Positions 50,048 through 60,438 of a stretch of 64,000 nucleotides of DNA are shown piece by piece. This DNA comes from Azolla caroliniana (lineage: Eukaryota > Plantae > Polypodiophyta), in contig JBHGNT010000017.1 in NCBI GenBank assembly GCA_043228905.1, positions 15,252,001 to 15,316,000 of the forward strand, in the 5' to 3' direction. The notes under the pieces were generated by a model that worked only from the letters and a program-made list of their open reading frames with translations, was not told where the DNA came from and made no database searches. Positions within the stretch are counted from its first letter, which is position 1, and the number at the start of each line of letters is the position of its first letter. The position numbers and the translations under genes were made by a program.

Positions 50048-50328
50048 TGTTGGAAGCAATGTCGTCAGTGCGGAAGATCTTGAAGCACTCGATTCCTGTT
50101 TATTCCCTGTGTATGACAGAATGTAGGTCGTTGCACAGAGAGAGAGAGAGAGAGAGACACAAAAGACTCTTTATTTCACAAAGCAATAATACAACAACCA
50201 ACCTCACAAAGAGGTTACAAGGTCACTATATATAGTGACCGACTTAGGGCAACTACCCTTTATGCTAATTACATAAATGGCCGAAACGGGATGGTGTGAA
50301 TACGTCCATTATACACATGTATTCGACA
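50048..50328 (-). repeat. 5' LTR of the intact copia
   Basis: TG...CA termini, adjacent to the PBS. Confidence 0.97.
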
Positions 50329-52266
50329 ATTTGGAGGGTTGAATGAAGCCCTTGGCGAGGTTTTCATCCAGATATGTGCGAAGGGCCTCAAGTTCGGGTT
50401 CAGATAGCCCATAAATGGGCCCAAATGGTGGATGTGCGCCATCTTGGAGTTCGATTGGGCAATCATAGGGGCAATGTGCCAGTAACTGGTCTGCATTTCG
50501 CTTTTCAAACACATCCAAAAAATCGCTATATCTTGCAAGCAAATTGGTGACAGGAACAGAGACGTCCTGTGCCACAACGGGCACGGGAGTGACCACACTA
50601 GAATCGACCACAACAGAATCGACAACGTCGGAGATTGAGTTGAAATCCGAAGAATGTGCTCCCAAGTTGAAAGCAGCCCCCCACACAAGTAACGGTGTTT
50701 GTGGAAGAGACCCGTGTTGGTGTTTGTGGAAAGCTGATGGAGCGGCTGCACCAATCCACCATCGGATTGTGTGTTTCCAACCATGAGAGCCCTAAAACAA
50801 TTAGATGTCGAGGAGTTGCAATGAGATAGAATGTTCATACCTCCTGGTGGAGCCCAACTTGAAGTACCAATGAGACAGTGGCTTCAGTAATTGCCCTCGA
50901 AGAGAGGACCCGTCCGTCGATAGCTTCAACGGATATGGGTTATGTTGTGTGGACGGTGGGGATTTTATGTGCTCGGACGAACGCGATATTGATGAAACAA
51001 GTGGATGCACCAGAATCGAGCAAGGCATGGGATTTTATTGAAATAGACCCAAAACTAAGACTTACTTGCAATGTAAAACCTCCTGCTCGCATGACTGAAT
51101 TGTAGGAGCACAGAGAAGTAGGGCGACGACGAGATGTTTCCAACAACATGGCTCCTACTGCAACCGGACTTGCTCGTTTTCCTGTTGTCCAGAAACCTCC
51201 GCAAGACGTGCACGATCGTTTTCTTGTTGTTGAGAAAACTCAGCAAGACGTGCATGGTGGGATTGATGATGAGGGTTGCGCATCGGGCAGTGGCAGATGA
51301 CATGGCCGGGGGGGCACCACAATAGAGGTAGAGGCCATTGTCACGTCGATGTTGCCGTTGGACATCGGTTAATGGTTAGTACCAAGCATGGTCAATCTCC
51401 ATTGGGGTACAAGAGTCGATCTCCATCGGGGTAAGAGTATCATTGGAAGACGACAAGCGTGGCGTGCTTGGCGAAACAGATATATATGGCCTTGTGAGTG
51501 GAGCATTGCGGAAGGAAGACGGAAAGCCTCGAGTTCCCCGTTCCTCTTGTTGAAGCTCAAAAAGACGATTATCACATTGAACGGCTTGGAAGATTACTTG
51601 GGACAATGATGTGGGCTCCAGAAAGTTTAAGAGAAGAGTCTTGACATCATTTCTGAGGCCTCGACAAAACTGGTCGCATAAAGCTTGGTCATCCTAGCTG
51701 ACATTGCATGCAATCTGACGAAACTCTGAGGCATAGACGGAAGCTGGACGAGATCCTTGTTGTAAGGAATAAAGTTTCATGAGAGCCATTCGTCGCTGAT
51801 CTGTCTCTTTGAATGTGGCTTGAAGCTCCGCAAGGAAGGCAGGAAAGTTGTCTAAGAGTGGGGATGATGTATCCATCAATGGTGCAAACCACGCTTGTGT
51901 CGGCCCCGAGAGAAGGGTGCCAATGAGGCCGACCCGAGAGAAATCACTAGCATAACGTTGGGGTTGTAAGCGGATGATAAGCCGAATTTGATTGATGACG
52001 CCACGAAGATGCACCCTCGAGCCGTTGAATTTGTCAGGTAGGCTGACGTTAGGTTCGAGGACATATGAATGGGAAGAGGAAGGGGTTGGGTTAGGTGCTA
52101 ACGGAAGGTGAGGCTCAACGGGTGGAGGGTTGTTGGTTGTGCTATTTTGAAGCTCTCATAGTGATTGACGAAGGCTTTCATTTTCTAATTGAAGTTGTTC
52201 CAAGGCTGCCATTACTTGGCTTAAGGCTGAGTCGGACATGGTAACAAGAAGAGAAGGTGAACAAAC

Positions 52267-52723
52267 TGTCATGGACCGGTAGATGAGGACAAGGACAAGT
52301 AGGCGAGCTAAATATTAAGAGAGAGCGAAAGATAGATATATAGATAGGGAGAGAGTATAGACAAGAGAACAAGAGAGATAGAGGGAGAAGGTAGACGAAG
52401 AGCAAGAACTAGATTATGCTTCCATAACTGGTGTTGTTCACCTTGATTGTAATCAAGGTGCACTGAAGTATTTATACAAGAATGTGATGGTATGCATGTA
52501 AGCTAGGAAACATCTAGAGAATGCATGGAAACTTCTAGAGAGTGCATGAAGGTGCATTCTCTAGAAGTGTCTTGAAAGTTCTAGTCATTAACTTACAATG
52601 TAATAAGTTGAAACTTATACAATATAATAATGTATAGATGGAATGTAGCTCAATTGCTAAGGGTGCCCAAAAATACCAAGAGGTCATGGGTTCAACCGCC
52701 TACATTCCATCGTGTCTATGACA
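52267..52723 (-). repeat. chromovirus LTR (457 bp) between PPT and PBS
   Basis: TGTCAT...ATGACA termini; PPT AGAGGGAGGATAA 52724-52736; TATA at 52476 (minus). Confidence 0.9.
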
Positions 52724-53154
52724 TTATCCTCCCTCTAAGGCCACCTCCTAGGACTCGTGGCTGGCTTATGTGGGTATCGTTGATGAAAATCGGGAATGGC
52801 CTTTGGAGAATTTTGTAAATGTGTAATTGGTTCCCATGTGGCGTCCAAAATGGGGTAACCTTTCCATAAGACCAAATATTGGAGTTGTCGACGACGATAT
52901 CGAGAGTCGAGGATTTGGTCAACCTCATATTCTTCGCCTGTCGACAATTCCACAGGTGGCGGTGGAGGAGGTTGTCGTCTTGGAATTTGTGAAGGATGGT
53001 AGAGTTCGAGGAGGGAAATGTGAAAAACATCGTGAATCTTGAATGTTGGAGGAAGTGCTAACCGGAAGGCAACTGGGTTGATCCGCCCGATGATAGGAAA
53101 GGGGCCTAGCCTTTTGTAGTCCAATTTTGCACAAGGACGTGTGGTGGCGATGTA

Positions 53155-53360
53155 TTGACCTCATAGGCATACATAACATTTGTATGTGAACGTAATACAG
53201 AATTGAGGTATTAACCTTGTACGCATACGACACGAATCACATATCAAATATATGTCAAATGAGGTATTGATCTCATACACATATGAATATGTTTTATACG
53301 ACCAATTTGTTACCACTACAACATCATTGAATCAATAAAGAAAAAACATATTGACTGTAA
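53155..53360 (-). repeat. inverted, diverged copy of 41637-41845
   Basis: Reverse complement aligns over ~200 bp, including the GAGGTYAATACCTC units. Confidence 0.85.
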
Positions 53361-55251
53361 AGAATCGATGTTAGCCAACCGGCAAGGACTGGAGGACAAT
53401 CCAAAATGTGAAAGGGCAGGAATAATCAGAAGTTGTTATTATGATATTAAGTAATTAAGTATATTTTGAGAAGTGAACGGACGGACCGGAATCGGTATGC
53501 CAATCCGGATCCGGACAGGTTCATATTAGTGTGCCGGTTGGCACTATTTTGTATGCAAAGCCGGTGATCTATAAAAAGGCTCGGTTACATTGTAAATGAC
53601 GACGGATAATTAATAAAGCTCTATTGTCTAATCTCTGTGTATTGATTGCCATTCTGTGCTAATTACTTTCTATCTTACGAGTGTATTTAGATTCATGATA
53701 TGTTGCTTAAGCACCAATATAGGTCCGAGTAATCGTCAGTCTAACTCTATCTCACCGTAACACCCTTTGGTGAAGTGTCTTCCGTAGACAGCTTGTGTTA
53801 GGCTATTGTCCGGCCCTTAGGTGTAACACAGTTTTTGGCGACCATGATTGTTGCATAAGCGCAACGAACAATGGCGGGAATGGATGACTAGACCAACGAG
53901 CAGACCGGTTACGGATCGAGTAAGGAGACTCGCTAAGCAGTTGTGGAAGCGAGAGGCCTTCCAGCAGGCAGCTGAAGAAATTCGTTCAGATCAATCATTT
54001 TCCAAAGTGATCCGACGAGTGGCTGAGGAGTCACTCCGTTTGCAACAAGATTTCCACCCCGACGAAGGAAGCAACTCAAGTAGTCTTCGGGGAACCGAAT
54101 CCCTTCTGCAGGCATTAGCTGCAGGAGAAGGCGATTCAGAACCGTTTTCGGCCTTTGAATCGGACTCGGACGGCGAATATAGCGCTCATTCCAATTACCG
54201 AAGCAATCACGACACCCCAGACGGATCGGCGGACGAGGAATCGGATACCTTACCGACACCGGAACCAGAATTGACAGAGTTGGAAGCCACAGACCGGCCA
54301 AGGACTAAGCAGACCCCAACACCCGAAGTAGAGGAGGAAAGACCTCCCACAGAAGAAGAAAGACCTCCCACAGAGGAGGAGGAGAGACCTCCGACACCAC
54401 CAACCCGCGTTCCAACACTGGACGACAACATGCTATTTCAATATCCCAAGTACCGGGATGATCGGACGCAGAGGCCCACGTCTATGCATTTCAGCAGACC
54501 TGGGAAGCGAATCATGTGTCACAACACTTAACTGCGGCCGAAGCAGAATGCTCAAAGATGGCGGAGTTCGGCATGACCTTGGAAGGGCCCACCGCCAGAT
54601 GGCGCCTGACGCAAGATCCCAACACCATCACGACGTTTGAGGCATTGAAAACTAAATTCTTAAACTTTTTTCACAAAGAGGTGGATCAACAGGAAATGGT
54701 CGACCTATTTTATACCATCCGCTAGGAGCCCACAGAGAACATTCAACAATTTGTAATCCGACTCCAAAGAATGCACAACTAGCTCAGTCGGGCACCACCG
54801 GAGGAAGAGACTAAGGCGATATTCCTAACAACACTCCGAAACCCCTACGAACGGTGTGCACAGTCATCGATTTCCACAAGAGTTCCGTTGACCATGTCAT
54901 AGACCGAGTCAGGGAAATGGAAAACTCCAGCTTGTGGGTGACGATGGGGGCACTCCAATGAACGTTACCAACCGATGAAGATCTCTGATTTCGACAAGCA
55001 ATTCAATGTATGACTTGCATGAATGCTGGACACTTGGCGCTGGAGTGCACCATGCGTTCTCAATGCCTGCTTTGCCATTCCAGAAAGCACACAATGGATA
55101 GATGCGAGTATAACTTGTTGAATCGGCAAGCACCCTTGGTCCAGCAAATCGAACCACGGAGCAACCAGGAGAAGGAAGAAGAGCGTTGGCGGCGAGAGGA
55201 GCGTTACCGGCCGACACAAGATGTCTAGTACAACGATCGAAGAGACGTTAA

Positions 55252-58065
55252 TGTCAAGATTCGAACTCTTAACACGACCATGTTATAATCTATTATTATG
55301 AGTTAACCAAGATATCTAGTACTAGTTATGTATGTAATTGGTCCTTATTATCTTGCTAGCATCATGTGCATAGTTGCTCCCTTGTAGTATTTACACTTGG
55401 CACATGCATGCATACCTACATGCTCTATTGTAGATTCACATGCGTGCAACAAGTATGCATGCCATGTAGTATAAATAGAGGAGTTCACCTTGAAGGAATT
55501 CAAGGTGAACAACACCAGTTATGGAGTCTTTCCTTTAGTATTATCTTCTTTCTTGTCCATTTGGTTATCTTCTTGGTTGTCTCTTGAGTTTATGATCCGT
55601 GACAGTTTGTTCACCTTCCCATCCTCTTATCGCTCTCACCCATAAAGGCACTCCATTTTTATGGACCTCGGAGGCACAAAATGCGTTCGACTCACTCAAA
55701 CACGCATTCATCACTGCCCCGGTGCTGCTACATGCTGACCCCACAAAACCCTTCCAAGTCGAAACCGATGCCTCTGACTTTGCCATTGGCGCCATCTTAT
55801 CCCAAGTAGACGACAACAACCTAATGCACCCAGTGGCTTACTATTCCCGAAAATTTACGGCATCCGAAATCAATTATCCCATTTACGACAAGGAGCTTGT
55901 TGCTATCATTGCTGCCTTTGAAGAATGGCGACCCTACTTGGCCGGCGCACAACATCGTGTCCAGGTAGTGACTGATCATAAAAATTTTGTTTATTTTTCC
56001 ACCACTCGTACTTTGAATCGAAGGCAGGCCCGTTGGTCTACATTTCTCGCCGACTACGATTTCGAGATCGTATTTCGACCTGGTGGCCAACATGGGAAGG
56101 CTGATGCCCTTTCTCGCCGAGCTGACCTTGCACTCCGCCCTGGGGATGCTACTTATGCTCAACAATCTAGACGTTTGTTGAAACCCGACCAATTGCATCT
56201 GTTTGCCACTTGTATGTTGCAGGATGATTCTTTACTCCAACAAATCACTGATGCATCCAAGACCGATGCGTTCGCCAACGAGATTCGAGATAGTCTGCAA
56301 AACCCCTCCAAGGCGACCAAAAGGAAGGATCTTGACACCTTCACCATACAAGAGGGTTTGTTGTTCCGAGATCATCTCTTATACGTCCCAGAGGGCCCAT
56401 GTCGCACCGGGGGGTTGCGGGAATGCCACGATGACCCAGTTGCAAGTCATTTCGGGGTCGCGAAAACCCTCGAGCTAATCTCTCGGGGGTATTGGTGGCC
56501 ACAACCATGGAAGCTGGTCAAAGAATACATAAAGAGTTGTGAGGTTTGTGCTCGCTCCAAAGCCATTCATCATCGGCCATACGGCTTACTACAGCCGCTT
56601 CCATGTCCTCGTCGTCCTTGGGCCTCTATCTCTATGGACCTGATAACTGATCTACCCTTGGTCAATAGCTATGGCTCGGTGTTGGTCGTTGTCGATCGGT
56701 TTACAAAGATGGCTCACTTCACTCCAGGCTCCAAAACCATTTCCGGAGAAGGAATGGTGCATCTCCTACTCAACAATGTAGTACGCTTGCATGGACTCCC
56801 CGATGATGTCATCTCGGATCGTGGACCCCAATTTGTCTCTCACTTCTGGCAGCGCCTGCTACAAACTTTAGGCATCTCTGTCAAGTTGTCCTCTGCTTAT
56901 CACCCCCAAACTGATAGGCAAACGGAGCGTGTCAACCAAATCCTTGAGCAGTATCTTCGGTGCTCGGTTAGTTACCAACAAGATGATTGGGTCAACTTAC
57001 TTTCGCTCGCGGAATTCGCCTACAATAATTCTCTCCATGCATCGACTGGCATCACTCCCTTCTTTGCCAACTAAGGTTTACATCCTCGCTTCAACATTTC
57101 CCTTCCTACCACTTCCGTGAACCCTTCGGCGGAGGATCGTGCCCGCATTTTGGAAGAAGTACATCATGATTTATCCTTGGAGCTTAGTCTTGCTAGTGAA
57201 CGATACAAGAAGCAGGCTGATCGCCATCGATCTTCCACTCCACACTTTGTCGTTGGAGACATGGTCTGGTTGTTACGTCAACACATCTCTACTACTCGTC
57301 AATGTGCGAAACTTGATTACAAGAAGTTGGGACCATTCCGTATCATCGAGTGCATCAATCCCGTCGCCTTCCGGCTCACCCTTCCATCCCACTTCCGGAT
57401 TCACGATGTTTTTCATGTCTCCCTCCTCGAACCCCATTATGCTTCACAACTCCCAGGACGTCAAGCCCCACCACCACCACCTGTGCAATTGACGACAGGG
57501 GAGGAATAAGAGGTCGACCAAATCCTTGACTCGCGTTGGCACTGTCGACACTTGCAATACCTCGTCCTATGGAGGGGTTACCCCATGTCTGAGGCCACAT
57601 GGGAACCATCGGCAAATTTACAAAATGCCCCAGAGGTCGTCCAAGATTTTCATCACCGATATCCCCACAAACCAGCGGCCGATTTGGGAAGCCGGTGTAA
57701 GAGGGGGGATAATGTCAAGATTCGAACTCTTGACACGACCATGTTATAATCTACTATTATGAGTTAACCAAGATATCTAGTACTAGTTATGTATGTAATT
57801 GGTCCTTATTATTTTGCTAGCATCATGTGCATAGTTGCTCCCTTGTAGTATTTACACTTGGCACATGCATGCATACCTACATGCTCTATTGTAGATTCAC
57901 ATGCGTGCAACAAGTATGCATGCCATGTAGTATAAATAGAGGAGTTCACCTTGAAGGAATTCAAGGTGAACAACACCAGTTATGGAGTCTTTCCTTTAGT
58001 ATTATCTTCTTTCTTGTCCATTTGGTTATCTTCTTGGTTGTCTCTTGAGTTTATGATCCGTGACA
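55252..58065 (+). mobile_element. internally deleted Tf1/Tcn1-like chromovirus (RNaseH-INT-chromodomain only)
   Basis: 353-bp LTRs 55252-55604 and 57713-58065 (3 mismatches seen), TSD GTTAA/GTTTA, PPT 57699-57710, self-priming PBS 55607-55617. Confidence 0.95.
55620..57699 (+). pseudogene. gypsy RNaseH-integrase-chromodomain, two in-frame stops
   Basis: ETDASDFAIGAILSQ, YDKEL, TDHKN, SISMDLIT, SDRGPQF, HPQTD.QTER, LGPF, YLVLWRGYP..EATWEP. Confidence 0.9.
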
Positions 58066-60438
58066 GTTTATGACCATGACCGGTATGATAGATATGATAG
58101 ATATCGGGACTATAATGGGGAACGAAATGAGTGATACAACCGGGATCACTCCCCCAGTTACAACCCACGAAGGGAGGACTATGGCAAGTATGACGATTGG
58201 CCCCAATAGGATTACTGAACATAAAGCATTTAAACAAAAAACGACATTTCAATAAAAAAGGGGTTCACCAACGGGAGCCGGAAAAGGGTACACCAAGCAC
58301 CCAACTAGACCAAGGCCAAGCACTTACAACAGGACCTCAACCGGGTGCTAGAGAAAAAGTAGAATCTAGCAACACCCGGAAACCCTTACTGTAGTGTCCC
58401 TCCTGTCTGCTACTATTGCAGACAGGAGGGACACTACAATAACCAATGTCCGGCGAAAAGCTACGATAAGCGACCAACGGTAAACATGGTAGTAGTGGAA
58501 ATCGCGGACATACAACAAGTGACCACCAGGTCAAACGGAAAAGCAACGGAGTGGGAAACCCAAGAAGCTATCCAGAAGTAGGCCACCGAATGGGTAAAGA
58601 AGGCAAATGAGCGGAATGTGTCAGAACTAGAACAACAAAAGGAGAATCCAGAGGAACCCACCGGTAATAGCCAGGCGGAAAACCCAACATGGCAGGCGTT
58701 GCAATAATGCCAAATCACACTGCCATTAGGTTGGTTATTGCAGTTAGTACCTCGGTTTACGGAAGGACTAAAGACGGGAATGACTATGGTCAGCACGCCA
58801 CCGGCTCCGACGTTCTTTTCTAATTCGGAGGAAGGACCGACGGTAGTGGACACGAGCAGTCCAGCTATCACAGCCATCGTCAAGGGACGAGAGGTACCCG
58901 GAACGATTATCGACGGAGGATCCGACGTGAACGTGATTAGCCTCCGAACTTGTAATACCATGCCCGTTTTGGCTTCGGATGCCGGACACAAGTTCAGTAA
59001 GACCTACCAGATTAATACAAGATTTGGAAGTGACTATCGGAGGTCACACATTCCGCATCTCGATAGTAGTCCTCCAACTCAATGCACAAGGGGCATACAT
59101 GGCTAAAAACAACGCACATCAAGCAAAATTGGCGGAAAAACATAATTACTTTCCGACGTGGCAAAGCGAAAGTACGAGTACCTACACAACCACGTTTGAG
59201 TACCGGAAAGGAGCTAACACCACTGTATGCAGAATGTGTAAACATGCTTGAAGGATTGGCTGATGAAGAGGTCGATCAGTACTTACAGGAGAATCCGAAA
59301 ATTGTACCTTTATTTGAATTTGATGTCACCAAAGTAGTGGCACCCTATATAATGCAACCGGAGGATGCTGATGAAGAACCAGATAAAGAAGCAATCAGAG
59401 AGTTAAGGCAAGCGCAAGAAGCTTTGGAGAAGGAATTGGCAGTATCTCAACGCGTAAAAGCCTCTCAACTGGAAGAGGTAAACCTAGGCACCGTAGAAGA
59501 CGCAAGACCGGTTCACATCGCCAAAGAAATGACTCCAGGAAGGAAGACGACAATGATCACCTTATTAAAGGAGTTCCGGGACGTGTTCGCATGGTCTTAT
59601 GAGGACATGCGGGGGCTAGATCCTCAGTTGTATCAACACCAGATACATCTAACTAAGGACGCCAAGCCGGTGGTGCAACGGTACCCTAACTATGCAGCAA
59701 AAGTAAAGGACGAAATCGACAAATTGTTACGGGTAGGGTTCATCCGACTGGTGAAGAAGGCAACATGGTTGAGTCCGATAGTCGTCGTACCGAATAAGAA
59801 CGGAAAAATCCGGGTATATGTCGACTATCGGAAGTTGAATGCGGCAACGATAACCGACGCCTTCCCACTCCCTTTCACGGATGGAGTCCTGGATGCGGTA
59901 GCCGGCCACAAAGTTTATAGTTTCCTGGACGGGTTCAACGACTACAATAAGATCCGGATGCACCTCGATGACCAGGAGAAAACCGCTTTTGTTACCGAAT
60001 GGGGAGTATTCGTCGCCGTAGTCATGATGTTCGGACTTAAAATGGCGCTGACAACCTTCCAACGGATAATCATGGAGGTTTTCAGAGAGTTTATTCCAAC
60101 ATTCATGCAAGTGTTCTTAGACGATTTCGCCGTGTACAACCAGGAAGGGGAACACCTCCAATACCTCCGACTATGTCTTGAGAAATGTAGGGTTTACCGG
60201 TTAAGCCTTAACCCGACGAAATGCGTGTTCGGTGTGTCAACCGGTGCATTACTAGGACACATTGTTAGCAAGGACGGTATTGCAGTAAACCCGGACAAGG
60301 TCAAAGCAATTTTGGAGGCACCGGCACCCACCACGGCGAAAGCATTGAGTCGGTTCCTAGGACAAATCCGGTGGCATAGCCGGATGCTCCGGTATCTGGC
60401 AGACCTGGCCACACCATTGCATGCTGCGGTGCACCGGA

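Larger units (their letters stand above)
44969..50328 (-). mobile_element. intact full-length Ty1/copia element (family B), 5360 bp
   Basis: 281-bp LTRs 44969-45249 and 50048-50328 (one mismatch seen), perfect TSD ATTTG, PBS TGGTATCAGAGC 50034-50045, PPT 45250-45260. Confidence 0.98.
44445..53155 (-). mobile_element. Tf1/Tcn1-like chromovirus, single-LTR permuted arrangement, interrupted by copia 44969-50328
   Basis: Minus-strand order: INT C-terminus and chromodomain (53155-52735), PPT, LTR 52723-52267, self-priming PBS, gag (ATG 52239), PR (LLDSGAS), RT (split by the copia), deletion, INT core (44668-44445). Confidence 0.88.
53369..60438 (+). mobile_element. decayed Ty3/gypsy (non-chromovirus-like) element, interrupted twice
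   Basis: LTR 53369-53828 (TGTTA...TAACA), PBS-like TGGCGACCA ~53836, gag with CCHC knuckles, PR IIDGGSDVNVI, RT (VDYRKLN, FLDGFNDY, VFLDDF). Confidence 0.88.

Noticed and set aside
49544-50059. 171-aa leader ORF in the copia element
   Set aside because: Starts at TTG in the LTR, has no recognisable domain and is disrupted by indels in the sister copy.
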